Below, piece after piece: positions 46,501 to 61,500 of a stretch of 64,000 nucleotides of DNA. The stretch's first letter is position 1. Every line of letters starts with the position of its first letter. This DNA comes from Eledone cirrhosa. Lineage: Eukaryota. The position numbers and the translations under genes were made by a program. The stretch is taken from NCBI GenBank assembly GCA_964016885.1, contig OZ024742.1, positions 17,484,001-17,548,000 on the forward strand, given 5' to 3'. The notes under the pieces were generated by a model. It was not told the origin of the DNA and ran no database searches. It saw only the letters and a list, made by a program, of their open reading frames with translations.

Positions 46501-49500
46501 CTTCTCAAACTGTCAGACTGTACTTCGAACCTGTTGGATAGAATTGTGTACTCCGCAAACTGTCAGATTGTACTTCGAACCTGTTGGATAGAATTGTGTA
46601 CTCCTCAAACTGTCAGACTGTACTTCGAACCTGTTTGATAGAATTGTGTACTTCTCAAACTGTCAGACTGTACTTCGAACTTGTTGGAAATAATTGTGTA
46701 CTTCTCAAACTGTCAGAGTGTACTTCGAATCTGTTTGATAGAATTGTGTACTTTTCAAACTGTCAGACTGTACTTCGAACCTGTTTGATAGAATTGTGTA
46801 TTCCTTAAACTGTCTGACTGTAATTCGAACCTGTTGGATAGAATTGTGTACTCCTCAAACTGTCAGACTGTACTTCGAATCTGTTGGATATAATTGTGTA
46901 CTTCTCAAACTGTCAGACTGTACTTCGAACCTGTTTGATAGAATTGTGTATTCCTCAAACTGTCAGACTGTACTTCCAACCTGTTTGATAGAATTGTGTA
47001 CTCCTCAAACTGTCAGACTGTACTTCGAATCTGTTGGATATAATTGTGTACTTCTCAAACTGTCAGACTGTACTTCGAACCTGTTTGATAGAATTGTGTA
47101 CTTCTCAAACTGTCAGACTATACTTCGAACTTGTTTGATATAATTATGTACTTCTCAAACTGTCAGACTGTACTTCGAACCTGTTGGATAGAAGTGTGTA
47201 CTCCGCAAACTGTCAGACTGTACATCGGACCTGTTGGATAGAATTGTGTACTCCTCAAACTGTCAGACTGTACTTCGAATCTGTTGGATAGAATTGTGTA
47301 CTCTTCAAACTGTCAGACTGTAATTCGAATCTGTTGGATAGAATTGTGTACTTCTCAAACTGTCAGACTGTACTTCGAATCTGTTTGATAGAATTGTGTA
47401 CTTCTCAAACTGTCAGACTGTACTTCCAACTTGTTTGATAGAATTGTGTATTCCTCAAACTGTCAGACTGTACTTAGAATCTGTTTGATAGAATTGTGTA
47501 TTCCTCAAACTGTCAGACTGTACTTCGAATCTGTTGGATAGAATTGTGTACTTCTCGAACTGTCAGACTGTACTTCGAACCTGGTTGATAGAATTGTGTA
47601 TTCCTCAAACTGTCAGACTGTACTTAGAATCTGTTTGATAGAATTGTGTATTCCTCAAACTGTCAGACTGTACTTCGAATCTGTTGGATAGAATTGTGTA
47701 CTTCTCAAACTGAAAGACTGTACTTCGAACTTGGTTGATTGAATTGTGTATTCCTCAAACTGTCAGACTGTACTTCGAATCTGTTGGATAGAATTGTGTA
47801 CTTCTCGAGCTGTCAGACTGTACTTCGAACCTGGTTGATAGAATTGTTTATTCCTCAAACTGTCAGACTGTACTTCGAACCTGGTTGATAGAATTGTTTA
47901 TTCCTCAAACTGTCAGACTGTTCTTCGAACTCATTGGATAGAATTGTGTACTTCTCAAACTGTCAGACTGTACTTCCAACTTGTTTGATAGAATTGTGTA
48001 TTCCTCAAACTGTCAGACTGTACTTAGAATCTGTTTGATAGAATTGTGTATTCCTCAAACTGTCAGACTGTACTTCGAATCTATTGGATAGAATTGTGTA
48101 CTTCTCAAACTGAAAGACTGTACTTCGAACCTGGTTGATAGAATTGTGTATTCCTCAAACTGTCAGACTGTACTTCGAATCTGTTGGATAGAATTGTGTA
48201 CTTCTCGAACTGTCAGACTGTACTTCGAACCTGGTTGATAGAATTGTTTATTCCTCAAACTGTCAGACTGTACTTCGAACCTGTTGGTTAGCATTGTGTA
48301 CTTCTCAAACTGTCAGACTGTACTTCGAATCTGTTTGATAGAATTGTGTACTTCTCAAACTGTCAGACTGTACTTCCAACCTGGTTGATAGAATTGTGTA
48401 TTCCTCAAACTGTCAGACTGTACTTAGAATCTGTTTGATAGAATTGTGTATTCCTCAAACTGTCAGACTGTACTTCGAATCTGTTGGATAGAATTGTGTA
48501 CTTCTCAAACTGAAAGACTGTACTTCGAACCTGGTTGATAGAATTGTGTATTCCTCAAACTGTCACACTGTACTTCGAATCTGTTGGATAGAATTGTGTA
48601 CTTCTCGAACTGTCAGACTGTACTTCGAACCTGGTTGATAGAATTGTTTATTCCTCAAACTGTCAGACTGTACTTCGAACCTGGTTGATAGAATTGTTTA
48701 TTCCTCAAACTGTCAGACTGTTCTTCGAACTCATTGGATAGAATTGTGTACTTCTCAAACTGTCAGACTGTACTTCGAACCTGTTGGATAGAATTGTGTA
48801 CTCCTCAAACTGTCAGACTGTACTTCGAACCTGTTTGATAGAATTGTGTACTTCTCAAACTGTCAGACTGTACTTCGAACTTGTTGGATATAATTGTGTA
48901 CTTCTCAAACTGTCAGACTGTACTTCGAATCTGTTGGATAGAATTGTGTACTTTTCAAACTGTCAGACTGTACTTCGAACCTGTTTGATAGAATTGTGTA
49001 TTCCTTAAACTGTCTGACTGTAATTCGAACCTGTTGGATAGAATTGTGTACTCCTCAAACTGTCAGACTGTACTTCGAATCTGTTGGATATAATTGTGTA
49101 CTTCTCAAACTGTCAGACTGTACTTCGAACCTGTTTGATAGAATTGTGTATTCCTCAAACTGTCAGACTTTACTTCCAACCTGTTTGATAGAATTGTGTA
49201 CACCTCAAACTGTCAGACTGTACTTCGAATCTGTTGGATATAATTGTGTACTTCTCAAACTCTCAGACTGTACTTTGAACCTGTTGGATAGAATTGTGTA
49301 CTTCTCAAACTGTGACACTGTACTTCAAACCTGTTGGATAGACTTGTGTATTCCTTAAACTGTCTGACTGTACTTCGAACCTGTTTCATAGAATTGTATA
49401 CTCCTCAAACTATCAGACTGTTCTTCGAACTCATTGGATAGAATTGTGTACTTCTCAAACTGTCAGACTGTACTTCGAAACTGTTTGATAGAATTGTGTA

Positions 49501-52500
49501 TTCCTGAAACAGTCAAACTGTACTTCGAACCTGTTGGATAGAATTGTGTACTTCTCAAACTGTCAGACTGTACTTCCAACCTGTTTGATAGAATTGTGTA
49601 CTCCTCAAACTGTCAGACTGTACTTCGAACTCATTGGATAGAATTGTATACTCCTCAAACTGTCAGACTGTACTTCCAACCTGTTTGATAGAATTGTGTA
49701 CTCCTCAAACTGTCAGACAGTACTTCGAACTCATTGGATAGAATTGTATACTCCTCAAACTGTCAGACTGTACTTCGAAACTGTTTGATAGAATTGTGTA
49801 TTCCTCAAACAGTCAAACTGTACTTCGAACCTGTTGGATAGAATTGTGTACTTCTCAAACTGTCAGATTGTACTTCGAACCTGTTGGATAGAATTGTGTA
49901 CTCCTCAAACTGCCAGACTGTACTTCGAACTTGTTGGATATAATTGTGTACTTCTCAAACTGTCAGACTGTACTTCGAATCTGTTTGATAGAATTGTGTA
50001 CTTTTCAAACTGTCAGACTGTACTTCGAACCTGTTTGATAGAATTGTGTATTCCTTAAACTGTCTGACTGTAATTCGAACCTGTTGGGTAGAATTGTGTA
50101 CTCCTCAAACTGTCAGACTGTACTTCGAATCTGTTGGATATAATTGTGTACTTCTCAAACTGTCAGACTGTACTTCGAACCTGTTTGATAGAATTGTGTA
50201 CTTCTCAAACTGTCAGACTGTACTTCGAATCTGTTGGATAGAATTGTGTACTCTTCAAACTGTCAGACTGTAATTCGAATCTGTTGGATAGAATTGTGTA
50301 CTTCTCAAACTGTCAGACTGTACTTCCAACTTGTTTGATAGAATTGTGTATTCCTCAAAATGTCAGACTGTACTTAGAATCTATTTGGTAGAATTGTGTA
50401 TACCTCAAACTGTCAGACTGTACTTCGAATCTGTTGGATATAATTGTGTACTTCTCAAACTCTCAGACTGTACTTTGAACCTGTTGGATAGAATTGTGTA
50501 CTCCTCAAACTGTCAGACTGTACTTCGAACCTGTTTGATAGAAGTATGTACTCCGCAAACTGTCAGACTGTACTTCGAACCTGTTGGATAGAATTGTGTA
50601 CTCCTCAAACTGTCAGACTGTACTTCGAACCTGTTTGATAGAATTGTGTATTCCTTAAACTGTCTGACTGTACATCGGACCTGTTGGATAGAATTGTGTA
50701 CTCCTCAAACTGTCAGACTGTACTTCGAATCTGTTGGATAGAATTGTGTACTCTTCAAACTGTCAGACTGTAATTCGAATCTGTTGGATAGAATTGTGTA
50801 CTTCTCAAACTGTCAGACTGTACTTCGAATATGTTTGATAGAATTGTGTACTTCTCAAACTGTCAGACTGTACTTCCAACCTGTTTGATAGAATTGTGTA
50901 TTCCTCAAACTGTCAGACTGTACTTCGAATCTGTTGGATAGAATTGTGTACTTCTCAAACTGTGACACTGTACTTCGAACCTGTTGGATAGACTTGTGTA
51001 TTCCTTAAACTGTCTGACTGTACTTCGAACCTGTTTCATAGAATTGTATACTCCTCAAACTATCAGACTGTTCTTCGAACTCATTGGATAGAATTGTGTA
51101 CTTCTCAAACTGTCAGACTGTACTTCGAAACTGTTTGATAGAATTGTGTACTCCTCAAACTGTCAGACTGTACTTCGAACTCATTGGATAGAATTGTATA
51201 CTCCTCAAACTGTCAGACTGTACTTCCAACCTGTTTGATAGAATTGTGCACTCCTCAAACTGTCAGACAGTACTTCGAACTCATTGGATAGAATTGTATA
51301 CTCCTCAAACTGTCAGACTGTACTTCGAAACTGTTTGATAGAATTGTGTATTCCTCAAACAGTCAAACTGTACTTCGAACCTGTTGGATAGAATTGTGTA
51401 CTTCTCAAACTGTCAGATTGTACTTCGAACCTGTTGGATAGAATTGTGTACTCCACAAACTGTCAGACTGTACTTCGAACCTGTTTGATAGAATTGTGTA
51501 CTTCTCAAACTGTCAGACTGTACTTCGAACTTGTTGGATATAATTGTGTACTTCTCAAACTGTCAGACTGTACTTCGAATCTGTTTGATAGAATTGTGTA
51601 CTTCTCAAACTGTCAGACTGTACTTCGAACCTGTTTGATAGAATTGTGTACTTCTCAAACTGTCAGACTGTACTTCGAACTTGTTGGATATAATTGTGTA
51701 CTTCTCAAACTGTCAGACTGTACTTCGAACCTGTTTGATAGAATTGTGTATTCCTTAAACTGTCTGACTGTAATTCGAACCTGTTGGGTAGAATTGTGTA
51801 CTCCTCAAACTGTCAGACTGTACTTCGAATCTGTTGGATATAATTGTGTACTTCTCAAACTGTCAGACTGTACTTCGAACCTGTTTGATAGAATTGTGTA
51901 CTTCTCAAACTGTCAGACTGTACTTCGAATCTGTTGGATAGAATTGTGTACTCTTCAAACTGTCAGACTGTAATTCGAATCTGTTGGATAGAATTGTGTA
52001 CTTCTCAAACTGTCAGACTGTACTTCGAATCTGTTTGATAGAATTGTGTACTTCTCAAACTGTCAGACTGTACTTCCAACTTGTTTGATAGAATTGTGTA
52101 TTCCTCAAACTGTCAGACTGTACTTAGAATCTGTTTGATAGTATTGTGTATTCCTCAAACTGTCAGACTGTACTTCGAATCTGTTGGATAGAATTGTGTA
52201 CTTCTCAAACTGAAAGTCTGTACTTCGAACCTGGTTGATAGAATTGTGTATTCCTCAAACTGTCAGGCTGTACTTCGAATCTGTTGGATAGAATTGTGTA
52301 CTTCTCGAACTGTCAGACTGTACTTCGAACCTGGTTGATAGAATTGTGTATTCCTCAAACTGTCAGACTGTACTTAGAATCTGTTTGATAGAATTGTGTA
52401 TTCCTCAAACTGTCAGACTGTACTTCGAATCTGTTGGATAGAATTGTGTACTTCTCGAACTGTCAGACCGTACTTCGAACCTGGTTGATAGTATTATTTA

Positions 52501-55500
52501 TTCCTCAAACTGTCAGACTGTTCTTCGAACTCATTGGATAGAATTGTGTACTTCTCAAATTGTCAGACTGTACTTCGAATCTGTTGGATAGAATTGTGTA
52601 CTTCTCAAACTATGACACTGTACTTCGAACCTGTTGGATAGAATTGTGTATTTCTTAAACTGTCTGACTGTACTTCGAACCTGTTTGATAGAATTGTGTA
52701 TTCCTCAAACTATCAGACTGTACTTCGAACTCATTGGATAGAATTGTGTACTTCTCAAACTGTCAGACTGTACTACGAATCTGTTGGATAGAATTGTGTA
52801 CTGCGCAAACTGTCAGACTGTACTTCGAACCTGTTTGATAGAATTGTGTATTCCTCAAACTGTCAGACTGTACTTCCAACCTGTTGGATAGAATTGTGTA
52901 CTTCTCAAACTGTCAGACTGTACTTCCAACCTGTTTGATAGAATTGTCTATTCCTCAAACTGTCAGACTGTACTTCCAACCTGTTGGATAGAATTGTGTA
53001 CTTCTCAAACTGAAAGTCTGTACTTCGAACCTGTTTGATAGAATTGTGTATTCCTCAAACTGTCAGACTGTACTTCGAATCTGTTGGATAGATTTATGTA
53101 TTCCTCAAACTGTCAGACTGTACTTCGAACCTGTTTGATAGAATTGTCTATTCCTCAAACTGTGAGACTGTACTTCGAACCTGTTTGATGGAATTGTGTA
53201 TTCCTCAAACTGTCAGACTGTACTTCGAACCTGTTTGATAGAATTGTGTACTTCTCAAACTGTCAGACTGTACTTCGAACTTATTGGATATAATTATGTA
53301 CTTCTCAAATTCTCAGACTGTACTTCGAACCTGTTGGATAGAAGTGTGTACTCCGCATACTGTCAGACTGTACTTCGAACCTGTTGGATAGAATTGTGTA
53401 CTTCTCAAACTGTCAGACTGTACTTCGAACCTGTTTGATAGAATTGTGTATTCCTCAAACTGTCAGACTGTACTTCGAACCTGTTTGATAGAATTGTGTA
53501 CTCCTCAAACTGTCAGACTGTACTTCGAATCTGTTGGATATAATTGTGTACTTCTCAAACTGTCAGACTGTACTTCGAACCTGTTTGATAGAATTGTGTA
53601 CTTCTCAAACTGTCAGACTGTACTTCGAACTTATTGGATATAATTATGTACTTCTCAAATTGTCAGACTGTACTTCGAACCTGTTGGATAGAAGTGTGTA
53701 CTCCGCATACTGTCAGACTGTACTTCGAACCTGTTGGATAGAATTGTGTACTTCTCAAACTGTCAGACTGTACTTCGAACCTGTTTGATAGAATTGTGTA
53801 TTCCTTAAACTGTCTGACTGTACATCGGACCTGTTGGATAGAATTGTGTACTCCTCAAACTGTCAGACTGTACTTCAAATCTGTTGGATAGAATTGTGTA
53901 CTCTTCAAACTGTCAGACTGTAATTCGAATCTGTTGGATAGAATTGAGTACTTCTCAAACTGTCAGACTGTACTTCGAATCTGTTTGATAGAATTGTGTA
54001 CTTCTCAAACTGTCAGACTATACTTCCAACTTGTTTGATAGAATTGTGTATTCCTCAAACTGTCAGACTGTACTTAGAATCTGTTTGATAGAATTGTGTA
54101 TTCCTCAAACTGTCAGACTGTACTTCGAATCTGTTGGATAGAATTGTGTACTTCTCAAACTGAAAGACTGTACTTCGAACCTGGTTGATAGAATTGTGTA
54201 TTCCTCAAACTGTCAGACTGTACTTCGAATCTGTTGGATAGAATTGTGTACTTCTCAAACTGTGACACTGTACTTCGAACCTGTTGGATAGACTTGTGTA
54301 TTCCTTAAACTGTCTGACTGTACTTCGAAGCTGATTCATAGAATTGTATACTCCTCAAACTATCAGACTGTTCTTCGAACTCATTGGATAGAATTGTGTA
54401 CTTCTCAAACTGTCAGACTATACTTCGAAACTGTTTGATAGAATTGTGTATTCCTCAAACAGTCAAACTGTACTTCGAACCTGTTGGATAGAATTCTGTA
54501 CTTCTCAAACTGTCAGACTGTACTTCGAACATGTTGGATAGAATTGTGTACTCCTGAAACTGTCAGACTGTAATTCCAACCTGTTTGATAGAATTGTGTA
54601 CTCCTCAAACTGTCAGACTGTACTTCGAACTCATTGGATAGAATTGTGTACTCCTCAAACTGTCAGACTGTACTTCCAACCTGTTTGATAGAATTGTGTA
54701 CTCCTCAAACTGTCAGACTGTACTTCGAACTCATTGGATAGAATTGTATACTCCTCAAACTGTCAGACTGTACTTCGAAACTGTTTGATAGAATTGTGTA
54801 TTCCTCAAACAGTCAAACTGTACTTCGAACCTGTTGGATAGAATTGTGTACTTCTCAAACTGTCAGACTGTACTTCGAACCTCTTGGATAGAATTGTGTA
54901 CTCCGCAAACTGTCAGATTGTACTTCGAACCTGTTGGATAGAATTGTGTACTCCTTAAACTGTCAGACTGTACTTCGAACCTGTTTGATAGAATTGTGTA
55001 CTTCTCAAACTGTCAGACTGTACTTCGAACTTGTTGGATATAATTGTGTACTTCTCAAACTGTCAGACTGTACTTCGAATCTGTTGGATAGAATTGTGTA
55101 CTTTTCAAACTGTCAGACTGTACTTCGAACCTGTTTGATAGAATTGTGTATTCCTTAAACTGTCTGACTGTAATTCGAACCTGTTGGATAGAATTGTGTA
55201 CTCCTCAAACTGTCAGACTGTACTTCGAATCTGTTGGATATAATTGTGTACTTCTCAAACTGTCAGACTGTACTTCGAACCTGTTTGATAGAATTGTGTA
55301 TTCCTCAAACTGTCAGACTTTACTTCCAACCTGTTTGATAGAATTGTGTACACCTCAAACTGTCAGACTGTACTTCGAATCTGTTGGATATAATTGTGTA
55401 CTTCTCAAACTCTCAGACTGTACTTTGAACCTGTTGGATAGAATTGTGTACTTCTCAAACTGTGACACTGTACTTCAAACCTGTTGGATAGACTTGTGTA

Positions 55501-58500
55501 TTCCTTAAACTGTCTGACTGTACTTCGAACCTGTTTCATAGAATTGTATACTCCTCAAACTATCAGACTGTTCTTCGAACTCATTGGATAGAATTGTGTA
55601 CTTCTCAAACTGTCAGACTGTACTTCGAAACTGTTTGATAGAATTGTGTATTCCTGAAACAGTCAAACTGTACTTCGAACCTGTTGGATAGAATTGTGTA
55701 CTTCTCAAACTGTCAGACTGTACTTCCAACCTGTTTGATAGAATTGTGTACTCCTCAAACTGTCAGACTGTACTTCGAACTCATTGGATAGAATTGTATA
55801 CTCCTCAAACTGTCAGACTGTACTTCCAACCTGTTTGATAGAATTGTGTACTCCTCAAACTGTCAGACAGTACTTCGAACTCATTGGATAGAATTGTATA
55901 CTCCTCAAACTGTCAGACTGTACTTCGAAACTGTTTGATAGAATTGTGTATTCCTCAAACAGTCAAACTGTACTTCGAACCTGTTGGATAGAATTGTGTA
56001 CTTCTCAAACTGTCAGATTGTACTTCGAACCTGTTGGATAGAATTGTGTACTCCTCAAACTGCCAGACTGTACTTCGAACTTGTTGGATATAATTGTGTA
56101 CTTCTCAAACTGTCAGACTGTACTTCGAATCTGTTTGATAGAATTGTGTACTTTTCAAACTGTCAGACTGTACTTCGAACCTGTTTGATAGAATTGTGTA
56201 TTCCTTAAACTGTCTGACTGTAATTCGAACCTGTTGGGTAGAATTGTGTACTCCTCAAACTGTCAGACTGTACTTCGAATCTGTTGGATATAATTGTGTA
56301 CTTCTCAAACTGTCAGACTGTACTTCGAACCTGTTTGATAGAATTGTGTACTTCTCAAACTGTCAGACTGTACTTCGAATCTGTTGGATAGAATTGTGTA
56401 CTCTTCAAACTGTCAGACTGTAATTCGAATCTGTTGGATAGAATTGTGTACTTCTCAAACTGTCAGACTGTACTTCCAACTTGTTTGATAGAATTGTGTA
56501 TTCCTCAAAATGTCAGACTGTACTTAGAATCTATTTGGTAGAATTGTGTATACCTCAAACTGTCAGACTGTACTTCGAATCTGTTGGATATAATTGTGTA
56601 CTTCTCAAACTCTCAGACTGTACTTTGAACCTGTTGGATAGAATTGTGTACTCCTCAAACTGTCAGACTGTACTTCGAACCTGTTTGATAGAAGTATGTA
56701 CTCCGCAAACTGTCAGACTGTACTTCGAACCTGTTGGATAGAATTGTGTACTCCTCAAACTGTCAGACTGTACTTCGAACCTGTTTGATAGAATTGTGTA
56801 TTCCTTAAACTGTCTGACTGTACATCGGACCTGTTGGATAGAATTGTGTACTCCTCAAACTGTCAGACTGTACTTCGAATCTGTTGGATAGAATTGTGTA
56901 CTCTTCAAACTGTCAGACTGTAATTCGAATCTGTTGGATAGAATTGTGTACTTCTCAAACTGTCAGACTGTACTTCGAATATGTTTGATAGAATTGTGTA
57001 CTTCTCAAACTGTCAGACTGTACTTCCAACCTGTTTGATAGAATTGTGTATTCCTCAAACTGTCAGACTGTACTTCGAATCTGTTGGATAGAATTGTGTA
57101 CTTCTCAAACTGTGACACTGTACTTCGAACCTGTTGGATAGACTTGTGTATTCCTTAAACTGTCTGACTGTACTTCGAACCTGTTTCATAGAATTGTATA
57201 CTCCTCAAACTATCAGACTGTTCTTCGAACTCATTGGATAGAATTGTGTACTTCTCAAACTGTCAGACTGTACTTCGAAACTGTTTGATAGAATTGTGTA
57301 CTCCTCAAACTGTCAGACTGTACTTCGAACTCATTGGATAGAATTGTATACTCCTCAAACTGTCAGACTGTACTTCCAACCTGTTTGATAGAATTGTGCA
57401 CTCCTCAAACTGTCAGACAGTACTTCGAACTCATTGGATAGAATTGTATACTCCTCAAACTGTCAGACTGTACTTCGAAACTGTTTGATAGAATTGTGTA
57501 TTCCTCAAACAGTCAAACTGTACTTCGAACCTGTTGGATAGAATTGTGTACTTCTCAAACTGTCAGATTGTACTTCGAACCTGTTGGATAGAATTGTGTA
57601 CTCCACAAACTGTCAGACTGTACTTCGAACCTGTTTGATAGAATTGTGTACTTCTCAAACTGTCAGACTGTACTTCGAACTTGTTGGATATAATTGTGTA
57701 CTTCTCAAACTGTCAGACTGTACTTCGAATCTGTTTGATAGAATTGTGTACTTCTCAAACTGTCAGACTGTACTTCGAACCTGTTTGATAGAATTGTGTA
57801 CTTCTCAAACTGTCAGACTGTACTTCGAACTTGTTGGATATAATTGTGTACTTCTCAAACTGTCAGACTGTACTTCGAACCTGTTTGATAGAATTGTGTA
57901 TTCCTTAAACTGTCTGACTGTAATTCGAACCTGTTGGGTAGAATTGTGTACTCCTCAAACTGTCAGACTGTACTTCGAATCTGTTGGATATAATTGTGTA
58001 CTTCTCAAACTGTCAGACTGTACTTCGAACCTGTTTGATAGAATTGTGTACTTCTCAAACTGTCAGACTGTACTTCGAATCTGTTGGATAGAATTGTGTA
58101 CTCTTCAAACTGTCAGACTGTAATTCGAATCTGTTGGATAGAATTGTGTACTTCTCAAACTGTCAGACTGTACTTCGAATCTGTTTGATAGAATTGTGTA
58201 CTTCTCAAACTGTCAGACTGTACTTCCAACTTGTTTGATAGAATTGTGTATTCCTCAAACTGTCAGACTGTACTTAGAATCTGTTTGATAGTATTGTGTA
58301 TTCCTCAAACTGTCAGACTGTACTTCGAATCTGTTGGATAGAATTGTGTACTTCTCAAACTGAAAGTCTGTACTTCGAACCTGGTTGATAGAATTGTGTA
58401 TTCCTCAAACTGTCAGGCTGTACTTCGAATCTGTTGGATAGAATTGTGTACTTCTCGAACTGTCAGACTGTACTTCGAACCTGGTTGATAGAATTGTGTA

Positions 58501-61500
58501 TTCCTCAAACTGTCAGACTGTACTTAGAATCTGTTTGATAGAATTGTGTATTCCTCAAACTGTCAGACTGTACTTCGAATCTGTTGGATAGAATTGTGTA
58601 CTTCTCGAACTGTCAGACCGTACTTCGAACCTGGTTGATAGTATTATTTATTCCTCAAACTGTCAGACTGTTCTTCGAACTCATTGGATAGAATTGTGTA
58701 CTTCTCAAATTGTCAGACTGTACTTCGAATCTGTTGGATAGAATTGTGTACTTCTCAAACTATGACACTGTACTTCGAACCTGTTGGATAGAATTGTGTA
58801 TTTCTTAAACTGTCTGACTGTACTTCGAACCTGTTTGATAGAATTGTGTATTCCTCAAACTATCAGACTGTACTTCGAACTCATTGGATAGAATTGTGTA
58901 CTTCTCAAACTGTCAGACTGTACTACGAATCTGTTGGATAGAATTGTGTACTGCGCAAACTGTCAGACTGTACTTCGAACCTGTTTGATAGAATTGTGTA
59001 TTCCTCAAACTGTCAGACTGTACTTCCAACCTGTTGGATAGAATTGTGTACTTCTCAAACTGTCAGACTGTACTTCCAACCTGTTTGATAGAATTGTCTA
59101 TTCCTCAAACTGTCAGACTGTACTTCCAACCTGTTGGATAGAATTGTGTACTTCTCAAACTGAAAGTCTGTACTTCGAACCTGTTTGATAGAATTGTGTA
59201 TTCCTCAAACTGTCAGACTGTACTTCGAATCTGTTGGATAGATTTATGTATTCCTCAAACTGTCAGACTGTACTTCGAACCTGTTTGATAGAATTGTCTA
59301 TTCCTCAAACTGTGAGACTGTACTTCGAACCTGTTTGATGGAATTGTGTATTCCTCAAACTGTCAGACTGTACTTCGAACCTGTTTGATAGAATTGTGTA
59401 CTTCTCAAACTGTCAGACTGTACTTCGAACTTATTGGATATAATTATGTACTTCTCAAATTCTCAGACTGTACTTCGAACCTGTTGGATAGAAGTGTGTA
59501 CTCCGCATACTGTCAGACTGTACTTCGAACCTGTTGGATAGAATTGTGTACTTCTCAAACTGTCAGACTGTACTTCGAACCTGTTTGATAGAATTGTGTA
59601 TTCCTCAAACTGTCAGACTGTACTTCGAACCTGTTTGATAGAATTGTGTACTCCTCAAACTGTCAGACTGTACTTCGAATCTGTTGGATATAATTGTGTA
59701 CTTCTCAAACTGTCAGACTGTACTTCGAACCTGTTTGATAGAATTGTGTACTTCTCAAACTGTCAGACTGTACTTCGAACTTATTGGATATAATTATGTA
59801 CTTCTCAAATTGTCAGACTGTACTTCGAACCTGTTGGATAGAAGTGTGTACTCCGCATACTGTCAGACTGTACTTCGAACCTGTTGGATAGAATTGTGTA
59901 CTTCTCAAACTGTCAGACTGTACTTCGAACCTGTTTGATAGAATTGTGTATTCCTTAAACTGTCTGACTGTACATCGGACCTGTTGGATAGAATTGTGTA
60001 CTCCTCAAACTGTCAGACTGTACTTCAAATCTGTTGGATAGAATTGTGTACTCTTCAAACTGTCAGACTGTAATTCGAATCTGTTGGATAGAATTGAGTA
60101 CTTCTCAAACTGTCAGACTGTACTTCGAATCTGTTTGATAGAATTGTGTACTTCTCAAACTGTCAGACTATACTTCCAACTTGTTTGATAGAATTGTGTA
60201 TTCCTCAAACTGTCAGACTGTACTTAGAATCTGTTTGATAGAATTGTGTATTCCTCAAACTGTCAGACTGTACTTCGAATCTGTTGGATAGAATTGTGTA
60301 CTTCTCAAACTGAAAGACTGTACTTCGAACCTGGTTGATAGAATTGTGTATTCCTCAAACTGTCAGACTGTACTTCGAATCTGTTGGATAGAATTGTGTA
60401 CTTCTCAAACTGTGACACTGTACTTCGAACCTGTTGGATAGACTTGTGTATTCCTTAAACTGTCTGACTGTACTTCGAAGCTGATTCATAGAATTGTATA
60501 CTCCTCAAACTATCAGACTGTTCTTCGAACTCATTGGATAGAATTGTGTACTTCTCAAACTGTCAGACTATACTTCGAAACTGTTTGATAGAATTGTGTA
60601 TTCCTCAAACAGTCAAACTGTACTTCGAACCTGTTGGATAGAATTCTGTACTTCTCAAACTGTCAGACTGTACTTCGAACATGTTGGATAGAATTGTGTA
60701 CTCCTGAAACTGTCAGACTGTAATTCCAACCTGTTTGATAGAATTGTGTACTCCTCAAACTGTCAGACTGTACTTCGAACTCATTGGATAGAATTGTGTA
60801 CTCCTCAAACTGTCAGACTGTACTTCCAACCTGTTTGATAGAATTGTGTACTCCTCAAACTGTCAGACTGTACTTCGAACTCATTGGATAGAATTGTATA
60901 CTCCTCAAACTGTCAGACTGTACTTCGAAACTGTTTGATAGAATTGTGTATTCCTCAAACAGTCAAACTGTACTTCGAACCTGTTGGATAGAATTGTGTA
61001 CTTCTCAAACTGTCAGACTGTACTTCGAACCTCTTGGATAGAATTGTGTACTCCGCAAACTGTCAGATTGTACTTCGAACCTGTTGGATAGAATTGTGTA
61101 CTCCTTAAACTGTCAGACTGTACTTCGAACCTGTTTGATAGAATTGTGTACTTCTGAAACTGTCAGACTGTACTTCGAACTTGTTGGAAATAATTGTGTA
61201 CTTCTCAAACTGTCAGAGTGTACTTCGAATCTGTTTGATAGAATTGTGTACTTTTCAAACTGTCAGACTGTACTTCGAACCTGTTTGATAGAATTGTGTA
61301 TTCCGTAAACTGTCTGACTGTAATTCGAACCTGTTGGATAGAATTGTGTACTCCTCAAACTGTCAGACTGTACTTCGAATCTGTTGGATATAATTGTGTA
61401 CTTCTCAAACTGTCAGACTGTACTTCGAACCTGTTTGATAGAATTGTGTATTCCTCAAACTGTCAGACTGTACTTCCAACCTGTTTGATAGAATTGTGTA

